From positions 2,145,745 through 2,209,744 of the forward strand of contig CM082591.2 of the NCBI GenBank assembly GCA_040954595.2: a DNA stretch of 64,000 nucleotides, given 5' to 3'. This DNA comes from Balanoglossus misakiensis. Lineage: Eukaryota; Animalia; Hemichordata. Every line of letters begins with the position of its first letter. The stretch's first letter is position 1. This document shows positions 40,516-54,610 of this stretch, in pieces. Position numbers and translations under genes: made by a program. The notes under the pieces are model-generated. The model worked only from the letters and a program-made list of their open reading frames with translations. It made no database searches and had not been told where the DNA came from.

Positions 40516-41642
40516 TTTAGCCAAAACTTCTCAAACTGAGAGAAAGAAGCAAACAACCCTCTTATATAGTGAGTGTCTAACGACCTTTACTCATCTTCCA
40601 AGAAACGGTTTCAAGATATAGGTCGCATCAGGTGTAACTTTTCTCACTGATAGGCAGCTTTTTTTTACACTCGGTGTCATTTAAGAAGTTTTAGTACGAC
40701 TGGCCTAGACGCAAAGAGGGTTCATGTACAGGGCAGTCGATTTCATAAACGGTGAGCCGTCACAAACTGCTGCCTGAATTAAGATGACATTTTGAAAAGC
40801 CGTGTGGTTCAGAAGCAAGATCGTGATTAGCTGAAATGACGTTAACTATTTTGAAAGATATTAGAATTTGGAGTCGTTTTTAAATGAAAACACGGTTGAC
40901 GTGATCAGTATTAAAGGTGCAGAGATTACGGTATTGGGGGTTATATTGTGCAGATTCTACTGTGGTCTTTGCAAGCTAGTTATATGTATCATCCGTCACA
41001 ATTATAAAATGCAACCCCCTCTTAAAAATGGTATAGGCAGACTGAAACTACATACTGTTTAAACCAAAATTGGATAAGCATTCAGTTTAAATTACCTTAG
41101 ATTAGATTAGACAACACAACATACATTAACACATCATGCACTCATTAATTAAATATTATCAGAGCAGAAGATAATGCAGAATGATTCATCAGTTTTAAGT
41201 GGATTAGGTATTATGTTAGAACATGATAACATGTTAGTAGCCAAGCTTTTCGTAGAAGTTCCAGTTGGTACGCAACCAAATTCTTCTCACAACTATAAGG
41301 CTATTGTGACAAAGTTTATGAAACTAGTGGGACCAATCAAATGTGGAGATTGAAAATGTAGCTGATAGTCGGGGGGGGGGGGGGTAGATGGGTTGGACAG
41401 GTGACTTGCACCTGTAGAAAGCGTCCATCAGGAGCCCACAAAGCTAATAAGTTTAGAGTGTCAGTTCATCTGAGTACGTTTATTGCTATATAACCATTTA
41501 TTGTTCTTTCTTGTCAATTATGCCATCGCTTAATAACTGTTTCATTAATGTCATGATAATTAATACAGTCACAAAGTCTTGATGAAGAACAGTAATTGTT
41601 TCGTTAGGAGTTGTCGTCTGGAATATATTGCTCGTTGATTGC

Positions 41643-44600
41643 TTAAGAGTAGTAACAGTAATGCAGTTTATGGTCATCGTTGCCACCATCCTCCAGCGGG
41701 TGAAATCCGCCTTTGCCGGTGGCCGGGAAGGCATCCTCGCAATCCCAGAAAAACCATTGATGGCTCACAGACATGCCGTAGACATTGGGACAGCTTGATG
41801 TGCGCTTGACCAGGACAAATGGCCAGTCTGTGGGAAAGTACATGAGTTTGGTTGCAGGTCCATCTTGGCGGCAACAATAATCAATGTTGGTATTGTCGTC
41901 GTATGTACCATCTGGAAGAGTTCCACCCGCTCCGTTTCCATTAAACGTGTCCTCGTCGTCCCAAAAGATCCAGCCACTGGAGAAACCTATCACAGTACAC
42001 AGACAGAGAAAGATATCATTACTCTGACCAGACAATAGACCACTTTCCAAACTTCACGAGACCCTGCGAGATTTCGCGTGTTAGGCTGTTTATATGGGAA
42101 GTCATTCTCGTGTGGCACAGGACAAAGAACATGGTATACAAATTCTAGTTGGTCTTTGTGTCATAGAAAGTTTAATACCTGATGGACAACTGCCTTTCTT
42201 GAAAATACAGTATTCGCCACTGGTCCATTTCCAATCATACGACGTGGCCTGGTTTGTGGTTTTCATGCAGAAATTCTGATTCATGTTGTTTGTGGCGTAG
42301 GGCCCCTTCAGGTCATACGGATTGGACCATGAATTGCTTGGACCCGTATCTTCTGTGTCGTGTTCGCGCCATCCTGTGAACCAACTGAAACCGGAAGACA
42401 ACGGGCACCCTAGGTTTGGCGTGGGAAGTCCATAGGTTCCGGTGGGCCAAGTGATTGGTGTTTGTACGGACGGGTCTGAAAGCAAAAGCAGAAGTAGACT
42501 CATAAACTTCTTCAGTTATCTGAGTCTAAGTAATCAGACTTTGTGTTTGGTTTATTACGAATTTTTATCACGACCAATATCTTGGATGAGAGGATATATG
42601 CCTGCATGTATGTACTACTTTTCTTACAAGACTGCGCGTTATACTTCCGCGTCATACCTGATGTGGAAGGCGCGTTCTTCCAGACTGCATATCCTTGCAA
42701 GGCCGTTGCTATGTGACCCTGTATGGTTCCCAGTTCGGCCAAGTCTTCCAGCTCACACCCTCCCTCGTTTACAAATCTGCAAAACTGCCTCCAGTAACCG
42801 TAGCCGATGACCTCATCGATGCTGATGATTCGGATGGAGATGGGTACATCGAGTTCTTCACTTCCGGTTGTTGTGTCGGCCAGAAGACTGCCAAATCTCG
42901 AAGTGACTTGGTTCTCGAAGCTGAACATGTCGACAACGACTGAATCTTTGAACCCGTTATATGAGCCACCGTATGACACAGTGCTGCTATACTGTGATTG
43001 GAGAATAAAACAGAACAATATGCAAATTTATATAGTTGTTCACCTGGATGACACTCATATCCTTTAGATACATTTTGTCAGCATCTTTAAGTCATGTCGA
43101 AGTCTCTAGATTCTTAAATATTATAATGTAACTGTCTTTTATTTATTTTGTTTAAAATTACTAGACTTACCGATTCGTAAGCAAAAAAGCAGAATTCCGA
43201 CCCAGCCATTGTATAGATATCTGATCGTTTGGTTCCTACATTGACTTCAACAATCACGTCCTGCAAAAGTCATTTGATCAGCAGTTATTTAAATTAATGT
43301 AAATTATTAAAGGCTGGTGAAACTTTCAAAGGTATCAAAAGTCTTCTTATGTCTCTACTTCCGCTAGGCATACTGTCATTTTAGGGTGTCGTGTGCAAAA
43401 CTGTGACGTGAGCAAGACTGTGTCGTGTGCAAATATACATTCAGTATAATAACAAAACTTGTCACATGATTTATCATAAAGGTACATCGTACAGCGCCAC
43501 AATTCAGATATAAAAATTGATAAACTGAGTCAACTACTAATAGCTGATAATATATGACTGATACATGTAGCAGTTATTGCGTCTGACAGACAGGCAGGCA
43601 GACATACAGACAAACCTCTGTGCATCAAGATATCAATCATTGTTCTCACCGTTCCCCATGTATCTAGAAAGGTCATGTATGTATTCTCGTCGTATGTTGT
43701 CGGCAATGCACACACTGCTGCAGCAAATGCACTTGTCAGTGGATATTCCAGAGTTTCAACATTTTCCAGCTGATATCTGGCCGAACCTCGGTCACATCGA
43801 AATCTTTCTTCGGACAAGGCATTCCCTTGCACGTGTGTACTGTCGTACACCACGTTATAGACTGGAGGTTAATTGAACAGAAAGGGGGCTCGTATTACTA
43901 AAGAATAACTATTCGAAATTATCAGTCACCGTTCCAGTTTTGGCATGTCACAACGGTCAGCGGTCCAATTTCTCTCGCTTGCATATGGCCGGCCATAGTT
44001 TGTTCTAAAGCATGTCATTTTCAGTGTATATATGATACTCTCTGCCAAGTACAATAATACAATATAAAAGTTATCATAAATAGGGCCATCTGATCCACCT
44101 ACTTTCATTGATTGTAAATTCCTTGCCGGAAGAATGAGATGTTCCACCTAAATGAGTAAAAAGATAACAAGAAAATTATGTCTACAAAGAATCAAATAAT
44201 TAACATAAATGTTTGCGACGTCACACACGTGAGTGAAGATGTTTACTCTACAAGAAGTTTGATATACATAAGGAAGCCTTACCTATCCGTACGGAATCTT
44301 CTGCAATGTTTCTTTGGTAAGTCTGTGTTCCCCAGAAAACGTAGTCAGTTCTTTCCCATGTACACGAATCTGTGATATTGTACTCCACTTGGTCCGGTCT
44401 CAGGTATACACCGTCGCCAGAGGTATAGCCTTGATCGTACGTCAGTTCCAAGATGCTGCTCTCGATCATGATGCCGGGGTCTATCCCACCATCGAAGGTC
44501 TTGGTGCCCATCGGGTTGCCCAGGACTATATTGTACCCCATGCCTATAGTTTCGATCCCAGCTGGTGCGGGCATAGGTGTTTGGCATGTCACTCGAGACA

Positions 44601-44679
44601 CAAACACCAGGACAACAGATAATAGTATTGTCGACATTTTACCGGAGCGGCGATGCAACGCCATTAACATTCGCGACAT
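41643..44679 (-). CDS. Apextrin-like protein C (MACPF + ApeC), 7 coding exons; start at 44679 or 44637
   Basis: Same exon set and motifs as B: IGMGYNIVLGNP, FLDTWGT|DVIVEVNVG, WPTGTYGLP, QNFCMK, WDDED, LHYCYYS*. Confidence 0.88.
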
Positions 44680-45002
44680 TGGAATCTGAAAGCAAACAAC
44701 CTTTTATCAAACAGTAATTTTCCGTGACCCCCAAACGTCCACCTACAAACTAATGTCAAAGATGCGTTCGACGTCACTTTTTTACAAGCGAGGGCGCTCT
44801 TGTAGTTACCTGCTAGCCAGTTCCATGATTTATTTCTGAAATGATCCAGTTGAAACATCACTCAGCAGTGAGGACGAAGACATTTTATGGTGGTTTCACG
44901 TGCACTCGTTTACTCAAATTCATGATTGACTGTAATATAGTGCACAGGGCTCAATCATTACAGTTTCTCTTCGGGGACTTGTCGGTCAGTGCAGGCGTGC
45001 TC

Positions 45003-45012
45003 GGGAATTTCC
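45003..45012 (+). promoter_or_regulatory. Consensus NF-kB site (GGGAATTTCC) upstream of apextrin C
   Basis: Motif match in the ~520-bp gap between the apextrin D stop and the C start. Confidence 0.3.
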
Positions 45013-45206
45013 GGAAATGGAATGGGAGGTCATACGAAACGGTGTTTGGTAGAGGAACAATGGGCACATGATGGAATGTGGTGTAACTATAGGACTGAGC
45101 TCTCGGGTTATATTCCTGGGGCAAGGTAACCGCCGCTTTATTCATTCACAAAGTTAGCCAAAACACGAAATAACACATACACATGCGCTTCTTATTTAAT
45201 GTTCCT

Positions 45207-48028
45207 TTAATAGTAATAACAATAATGCAGTTTGTGGTCATTGCTGCCGCCATCTTCTAGCGGATGGTAGCCACCCTTGTCGGTGGCGGGGAAGGAGTCT
45301 TCGCAATCCCAGTAAAACCACTGATGGCTCACAGACATGCCATAGACATTAGGACAGGTGGATGTGCGCTTGACCAGGACAAATGGCCAGTCAGTGGGAA
45401 AGTACATGAGTTTGGTTGCAGGTCCATCTTGGCGGCAACAGTAGTAGATAAGCGTGTTGCTGTCGTATGTACCATCTGGTCTGGTGCCGCCCGCTCCGTT
45501 GCCGTTGAAGACATCCTCGTCATCCCAGTAGATCCACCCACTTGAAAACCCTGTCACAGTACACACAGAGAGAAATATATCATTAGAGGAGAACCTTTTG
45601 AAACCTGTGGGACAGATGGTGCAAAGGCAAAACATTGCTGTAACAGTGGCTAAAAGATATTTTCGCTGACATGCATACCCTCCTGAAATCAAATGGTTTT
45701 CATCTTGCTGTGGACAGGTAATAGACCACTTCCCGAACTCCACGAGATCCTGCGAGATCTCACAGACGTATAGGAAGTAATATGTAGTCACTCCAAGACA
45801 ATACACCCTGTGATGATTTGGCTCACGATACTAGAACGTCATAGAATTATGAATCTCATTTTACAGATGAATCACCTGAGGGACAACTGCCTTTCTTGAA
45901 AATACAATATTCTCCACTGGTCCATTTCCAATCATACGATGTGGCCTGGTTTGTGGTCTTCATGCAGAAATTCTGATCCATATTATTGCTGGCATAGGGC
46001 CCCTTTAGGTCATACGGATTCGACCACGAATTACTTGGGCCAATATCTTCTGTGTCGTGTTCACGCCATCCTGTGTACCAGCTGAAACCGGAAGAAAACG
46101 GGCACCCTAGGTTTGGCGTGGGAAAACCATAGGTTCCGGTTGGCCATGTGATGGGTGTCTGCACTGCTGGATCTGAAAGCAAAAGGAAGATATCTGGTGA
46201 AAACCTTGGCAGATTTTTTTTTTTTTTGGGGGGGGGAGTTTGATTTGAAGATCACTATTTTCATGAATTTTCTTAAATGAGAAGTTGACAGAACGGTATT
46301 TACTTGACGTAGATGGCGCATTCTTCCAGGCTGCATATCCTTGCAAGGCCGTTGCTATGTGACCCTGTATGGTTCCCAGCTCGGCCAAGTCTTCCAGCTC
46401 ACACCCTCCCTCGTTTACAAATCTACAAAACTGTCTCCAGTAACCGTAGCCGATGACCTCATCAATGCTGATGATTCGGATGGAGATGGGCACGTCCAGT
46501 TCGTCACTTCCGGTTGTTGTGTCGGCCAGCAGGCTGCCAAATCTTGAAGTGACTTGGGTCTCGAAGCTGAACATGTCGACAACGACCGAGTCTTTGAATC
46601 CATTGTGTGAACCACCATAAGATACTGTGCTGCTATACTATGATTGACAAATAACAAGAAAACAAGAAGGGATATTTTTAAAAAATGTGATCGTACCCGT
46701 CCATATTTTCAAAGTTCATAGGTCAAATATACAGTGTTTACATGGCCAGTTGCAAAGACAAATAGTCGCGAAGGTGTTCGGTATTTCTAACTTCCGTTTA
46801 CTAATTCATGGAGTTTAGCATATCACCGTGGAAACCACTTACCGATTCGTAAGCAAAAAAGCAGAATTCCGACGCAGCCATAGTATAGATATCTGATCGT
46901 TTGGTTCCTACATTGACTTCAACAATCACGTCCTGCAAAAATTGGTATACTAGTATTCAGGATTTATCTGTGTCAGTATGTCACGTCACGTCACAACACA
47001 ACACAACACACTCGGATTTGCCTTGATTTATCAGTTTATATGAGTCAAATCGATGGATATACCTTGCAGAAATAAAGGAAGACACGGTAATATAAAAATA
47101 CATGTACTATGACAAAATCATTCATTCTCACCGTTCCCCATGTATCTAGAAAGGTCATGTATGTATTCTCGTCATATGTTGTCGGCAAAGCACACACCGC
47201 TGCAGCAAATGCACTTGTCAGTGGATATTCCAGAGTTTCAACATTTTCCAGTTGATATCTGGCCGAACCTCGGTCACATCGAAATCTTTCTTCGGACAAG
47301 GCATTCCCTTGCACGTGTGTACTGTCGTACACCACGTTGTAGACTGCAAGTAAATCAAACAGCGATGGGTTTTCACAGTTCCTTTGTGATCTTCAGTTTT
47401 CAAGAAAGTGTCCGGAAACTGGTCCACTGTGCTTTGTTGTTGTACAATGTAAATTTTACTCATTTCAGGTCAACTTAAAATTATCTCGAGTCATTAAACT
47501 TACTTTCATTGATTGTGAATTCTTTCCCAGCTGAATGAGATGTTCCTCCTAAAAGAGAAAAAATAAAGATGTTGATGAACAAACAACAAAATGACGCATC
47601 CCATTGTGGTGTACACACTTGCACTTTGAATTCCGCGCGGCAGGGACACACTAAAGGGTATTGAAAGACCCACCTATTCGCACGACCTCCCCTGCTATGT
47701 TTCTCTGATAACTCTGCGTCCCCCAGAAAACATAATCAGTTCTTGTCCACGAACACGAAGCAGCAATGCTGTACTCCACTTGGTCGGGTCTCAGGTACGT
47801 GCCGTCAGTTGAGGTATACCCTTCGTCGTACGTCAGCTCCAAGATGCTACTGTCGGTCATGATGCCCGGGTCTATCCCCCCGTCGAAGGTCTTGGTGCCC
47901 ATCGGGTTGCCAAGGACTATATTGTATCCCATGCCTATGGTTGTAATCCCAGATGGTGCAGGCATAGGTGTTTGGCATGTCACTCGAGACACAAACACCA
48001 ATGCAATAGCAAACAGTACTGGCAACAT
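45207..48028 (-). CDS. Apextrin-like protein D (MACPF + ApeC), 7 coding exons
   Basis: MLPVLFAIALVFVSRVTCQ signal peptide; closely paralogous to C; ends LHYCYYY*. Confidence 0.88.
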
Positions 48029-49052
48029 TATACCAGTGCAGAAGTCAACGCAAGTAGTGTTTGGTGTGTTGAAAATCAAAATAAAACGTTTCTCCAGTTT
48101 TGACTTTCAAATCTACCCAGATGAACAATGTCAACAGGCTTTTGACAACCCTGTTGTTGGTGAGGGCGTTTGAACTACATATGACATCCGCAATATTTTG
48201 TGTTAAGCAATGACAGCCGTCTCCTGTTAAACAAAATTATCATTTGCCTATAATTCACTCAGTTTTCCTTCAGAAAGGTTACGTTAACAGTCATATATGT
48301 TTGCTCTATATACACATGTATATGTTAATATTGTGTCATGTTCATTTCGATAAAGCGATTTTTGGAGAGTTGGGTTAAACAAAACTGGGTTGGGGGATTC
48401 GTTAGAGTCTGTGGGCATGAGTAGTACGATAAAAATAAAGATATCAGATTCGATGAGAATCTCCACGAGTAACGATTTTGCGCTGGCATAGACTAGAAGC
48501 TCACAGGCCAGTCTCGAAGTATGCGAAAATACAGGCGCGAGTCTTTCCATTCAGTCCTGATGTTGACGACGCATGCGTATGAACCAGTGGGAGCATTGTC
48601 CACCTCGTCCATATGTCTGTCTCGATGCTATCGTTCCACTATCTTGTGCGTCAGAATTCACGAATGGATAATGAAATATCGACAAGGCACAATTCTTATC
48701 ATTTTTTTCCTCCGAAGCCTACATGTGACCAGACGATATTTTACCTCGACGCTGTTTGTTCTTTTGCGGTTTTCCATCTGTTAGTTCCCTTGGCGACTCG
48801 CCCCAATTTGTGACTGGCGCGTGCAGCCTCACACGAACGCGAAGATGACCCCGTTTCTGTCTCAAAATACAATATTTCTAGACAACTGATGAATGTTTAT
48901 TATTTACCAATTATCTAGATCACTGCATGGATAGAAGAATCGTCCCATGATTCACTAACAATTGATAGTCCGTCTGCTGTCATTGGCAAATCAAGGTTGC
49001 CTATCCCCGCACGACATATTGGCCATTTTAGTATGGTGTTCCTTCGTCCAGA

Positions 49053-51929
49053 ATGATTCCTTTGCTCATTCTCATCTCGCTATCTCACGTCTCCGCGCAG
49101 TTGAACCCTCCCGGCGCCGTCAAATACATCGGTTGCGGCTACCACGGTCTCCTAGGCAACACCGAGGGTTCCCAGGCAACCAGTGGCGGCATCGACCCTG
49201 GCTTGGACCTCATTCATCGGGTCCTCGAGCTGACTTACGAAGAAGGCAAGGAGTACCTGACCTACGCGGAACCGGACGAGGTGCAGTACACCTTCACTGA
49301 CACGTGTACAGCCGTCGATACCGTTGAGCATTCATGGGGAACGCGGTCTTATTCGGATAACAGACTCAAAGACTACTCCAGAACGGGTAAATCCTTTGAT
49401 ATTTTCAGTCATATTTCACAGACTTGCAGATTCATGTGTATTACAGAATTATTCTCACGACAGACTGACTATTTGATTCATGATAGCGCATCTTAGCTGA
49501 TATCAATTATACGCTGCATATGAAAATGTGAGGTGGGGCCCTGCCCAGTCTCCGCTTCGTTTCAATTTTCTTTAATTTCTTTCCAACAGACACCGAAAAG
49601 AATAACTTGGAGGGATACGAATTCACCTTGAGTTCAGGTGAGTTGTGACGTTCTCTAAAACTCCGACTCTTTCGATCACATATATACTGACATACTGTAT
49701 CATGGGAGGGGGCGTATCTCATCAGTCTGTGTCAACCGATTGGCCCGTCATTCTCTCTGAACAAAAACCATAGCAACGCATTTTCCCCCATTTCTCACCG
49801 AATCCAGCTTACTCGACAATCAGTGATGGCGTCGCTCAAGGAATGGTCTACTACGACGAGAAGCAAGTTTGTGACAATGGGGGCGCTAGATACATGATCG
49901 AGAACGCAGAAACCATGACGTATCCACTGAACGATGCCTTCGTGACCGCTGCGTGCGCATTGCCGTATGACTACAACGAAACTGTGTATCTTGACTTCTT
50001 AGATACATGGGGAACAGTGAGTGAAAGTTCCATTTCTTCTCAAATGGCTAAATAACTCAAACTCGAATCTGATGTTTAGCTTGAATTTTGCTCAGGTGAC
50101 AAGAAATTGGCCAAATTGAAAATCTAGCTTGGTGAAGTTGCCGGCTTCTTTTCAAGTTAAAGACTGTGACATTTTGGCCTGGTTTAACATCAGAACGAAC
50201 GAATGAATTATTTGCCGATTTCTTCATAATGATACGAGGCTTATTCCAAATCTAAATTTATCTGATTTTTTCCGCCCTAGGATGTGGTGGTTGAAGTGAA
50301 CCTGGGACAGAAATCTACCGCCCGCTACGACACTGGTCTTGTAGACTTCGTTGTCTTTGCTGCGGATGAAGTGAGTAAATCGGCCGCAGACGACACATTT
50401 TCAAACTCAGAATTTACTTATTTATATCTTTACTGGAATTATTTTATTGTGGCCACTTTATTATAGTCACCATCAGTGTCCAGTGTATTGCTGAATACAT
50501 GTATAGACGTAGTCTTGACTATACATTCTGTATTTTCAGTATCCATCCACCGTATCAGCCGGCGGTCTTTACCGCGGATACCGAGACTCGTTGGTGGTTG
50601 ATATGCTCTTATACTCCCAAACTGCAACAACCACTGGTGGTCAGCTTTTGGCGAACATGCTGACAGGCGACGCACAGCTCACCGAGCCAATCAAAATCTC
50701 GCTCATTAGCATGGATGACGTCTTCGACTCCAAGTATTGGACGTTGTTTAATGACTACAAGACTGCCGGGCTTTGTGATTGGGTGGATTATCAATCCGAA
50801 CTTCTCTCTCGACAAATCAACATGTTGCTGGCTTTGGAAGTGTATGTCAGCAGTAAGGGCGTTGCAGCACCATCAGGTAATAGGTGAGAGGATGAATGAA
50901 TGGATGGATGGATGGGCGTGTATGTGTGTGTGTGTTTATGTCTTGGAAGGTGACTGACTGAATGAATGAATGAATGAATGAATGATGTTGGGCTGCGTCA
51001 GTGATAACCAGTGATGACAACCGTTTGTGTCTGTATCATTCAGATCCAACCATCCAAACCGCAATCACGTGGCCAGAAGGAACCTACGGATTTCCCGAAG
51101 TGGACACCAGGGTCGGCGACGAGTGTCCATCGTCTCCCGACTTCACATTCGAGATGGGGTACACCTACCAAGACACAAACACGTTAGGTAACAACGATTG
51201 GTCGGACCCCTTCGACCTCAAAGGACCCGTGCGACGCAACAACATTCAGCAGAATTTCTGCAACAAAGAGATAGAAAGCGCCACCACGGACGAATGGAAA
51301 TGGATGAAGGGCGAATATTGCATCTTCCGACTGAACAGTTGCCCAGCAGGTAAGAATGACGTCATTAGTTCAGATATACCTTAAAAGGTAATGCGCCTGC
51401 TTGCACTTGGATGACTCTCTCTCTCTCTCTTTCTCTCTTCTCTCTCTGTCTCTCTCTCTCTCTCTGTACGTCTCTCTCTGTCTCTCTCTTCTCTCTCTCT
51501 GTCTCTTCTCTCTCTCTGTCTCTTCTCTCTCTCTCTCTCTATCTCTCCCTCTCTCTCTTCTCTCTCTCTCTCTCTCTCTCAGGCTTTCTCTCTGGGTACG
51601 TCTTCTGGGACGACGAGAACGCTGCCAACAACAACGCGTTTAACGGCAGCGTTCCATTCGGCGTCTACAATGAAAACACGCTCATCTACTACTGCTGCCG
51701 AGAAGATGCTCCTCCGACTCACGTGATGTACCTGCCGACAGGTTCCCCATTCGCGCTGATAAAGCGCACGGCAAACTGTCCTACGGTCCATGGCATGACG
51801 GCGGTCAGTCACCAGTGGTTGTTCTGGGACTGTAGTGACGTCAATCCATCCTCATCCACCAGTGGTTTCCATCCCTACGAAACTGGCGGCTTGGATGATC
51901 AGCAACTTCACTATTGTGTCTATACTTAA
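49053..51929 (+). CDS. Apextrin-like protein E (MACPF + ApeC); exons ~49053-49386, 49590-49636, 49808-50017, 50281-50370, 50540-50876, 51043-51349, 51583-51929
   Basis: Signal peptide, YIGCGYHGLLGN..GGIDPG, FLDTWGT|DVVVEVNLG, WPEGTYGFP, QNFCNK, GEYCIF, YYCCRED, LHYCVYT*; inverted relative to A-D. Confidence 0.88.
51414..51580. repeat. Long compound (CT)n tract forming the polypyrimidine tract before the last exon of apextrin E
   Basis: ~165 bp of near-pure C/T directly before ag|gc ttt ctc. Confidence 0.95.
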
Positions 51930-54610
51930 AATTCTTAACGGTGCTTCTGATTGGTCAATTTCTTTGGTTAATGCGTTGATGTCTCTCTAAGTCACAAACC
52001 AATCAGATCCGAATGTTTTAATGGGTCAGGCTGAAATGATTAGTGTCAATAGTAAATTTTAAATCTCTATTACATGTAAGAAACTAATTAATGTTGTTGG
52101 TTTTGTGTGTGTGTGTGTTTGTTTATATTTTAACCATGTCAATAGACCATAGGCAGCTATACTTTATTTATATCTATACGCGTATATAATGACGTCATTC
52201 ACATGGAATGTTTGATAGTACCTGCACATTATTATGTATATGCAGACATAGTACATGTACAGGGCATCCGATGGGGGCGCTGTGAGTAAAGTTTAAAAGT
52301 TTAAGCGTTCCTGAACCTTCCAAGCTCTCAAAAACTCTAGGAACAAACTTGTTTCTGCGGTGATCATGTACCAGAAGAAGGGAGAGTTCCACCATTTCTT
52401 GACAGTATGTCCTTGTCCTCCAAAAACTTGATATCTTTCAAAATCCCGCGGCACTTGTTTACTTCCCGGCGGTCGACCTCAGCCTATTTCCATGTTTGGC
52501 ACGCATGTTTGCAGTTGGCAAAAAAGGATGTTTGTACCGTGTGCAAACGATTATAAAGCAGCTCCATTCATAGATCAGGGCCTGATCTCTCCCACCACAG
52601 CAACGTGTATGTGCAAAGTGACGCATACTTCATAATTACCCAACGTCCTTGGTAGTCGGTTGTTGGTTTCTCTTGGCTGACGTAAACGGTATGTACATTT
52701 CCTTTGGTCTTACACTTTACAATAGTGGTATGAGCGCAATTGATACTTTTAATTTTAGCTTCCCTTCTGACTCGACATTGTGGGTGTGTCACGTCGCGAG
52801 AACATGTATGTTGCAGAAGACCATTGTCGACGGTTTGGAATGACTTAAAACTCATGTATCACAGGTAGCCCCCTCCCCCAGGGGAGCCGCGCCCTTCCGC
52901 AGGACTAACGGTCACTTTATCCAGTAACCTTGAGAACCAGTGAGAGAGTTAGTTCCGAAACGCAGACTTTTGTTTAAGTTTGTCAACGTCACCAACATTT
53001 ATACTGACTCTATTCACGGAATGTAAATGTTATTCAGTGATGTTTTGGGGGTATACCATGGTGTGTGTTAATCAGTCGCGGTTTTTGTGAAAAGTAACTG
53101 GGGCGTTAAAAATGGAAGCCATACAATAGCTGGTCTGATGACGATGCTGTGTCTGCAATATACTTGTACATAAGCTCACACACCCAACCCACTTGTTGAT
53201 CAATACGTTGACCATATTAACTGCGTTTTCAATGTCGCGTGAATTGACATAGACATATGAAACGCAGATACACACGCGCGCACGCGCACACACCCAGTCC
53301 ATCCCTACACTTCCGGTTTGTTTGTTTTTACAGCGATGTCCTCGTTTACATGCTTTGTAAACAATTGAGATCATGCTGCATACCATACTAGACTAATAAA
53401 AATAGTTACTGGTGACAATGTACTGACCTTTCGACATAAATTGTTTATAAATTTTAATCTAGGTATTGTGAACACTCAAACACTTAAAAATAGCGCCCTC
53501 TTTCAGTACACTTACGAAACTTCGTCACAGTCAAGTCAATTGGTCAAATTTTCCCTGTCTTTTTTCTTGCAATTAAACATTGTGGTGGTAACTATGATAA
53601 GAAAGGTTAAACAGCTTTGAGAAGAAAAAAATTACCACTTTGTGAGATATAAACATGTCGCAGACATTTTGAATACTTGACTCTGTCGCCATGACTACTA
53701 GTATTTTCACTCTATAACTTGATGTAAAACAAAGTAAGCCATTGTATTGGTACCTGGCCATGCAGATCAGTGCGAACAATGTGTACTGTTACTTGGGAAC
53801 AATGGTTTGAATAGGCCATTGTGTGGGAAAAGGCAGACAACTGAAAATGTATGTGAAAAATTGGTTTCTTAACCTTTTCTGTCTTAAGGCCTCATATGTA
53901 TGGATAAATTTTGTATAGAAAGGCAGGAAAATTATAATAGAGCTTCATACCGTTTTTGGTGTTTCATTTTGTCATTGTGTTAGGTATCTAAATCACTCAC
54001 AGTTAACTTGCAAATTAGATGCTAGGACTATAGAGTTAGCTATCTGACTGCCTTTTACCCGCTGACTAGTATGAAGCAATTTATTAGTATATAACTTTTG
54101 TTTCAATTAACATATTATTAGGATTCTGAATGATACTTTTCTAAACAGCTAGACTTTGACATCACAAAGAGATGGTGTCACGTTTTTACAAGGACTACCT
54201 TGTGTATAATAACTTTGTAATAGTTTACAGCAATTGTGGTTTGAAGGCCTTGTCTTTGTTAACAGCTGTGATGTTTTGTGTTGTAAAAAGTTTGAAGTGG
54301 TGTGTTTGTAGCTGTGTGTGTCATTGACAGCTAGCTTGTTGACTAGTAGCAGTGAAAGGTCAACCGAGGTCACCTACTTAAATGTGTCTGGAATGCATGG
54401 CCGGACTTTGCCTGTGTGGATACTATTTGTGCTGCCCTACAACTGTGTTTTGGAAGTTCAGAATCTTTCTGATAATCTGTATATTGCTTTGAGTCATACG
54501 TAAGATAACAATGTCACTATCATAGTCGGTCAAACATTGATTTCCTTGATCGTATCAGCGACATGTTTATGATTGTTTTTTTTTTCTTGTCTGCAGTTGA
54601 TCAACTCAGT

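Noticed and set aside
51401-51582. Ser/Leu-rich ORF
   Set aside because: Translation of the intronic (CT)n tract.
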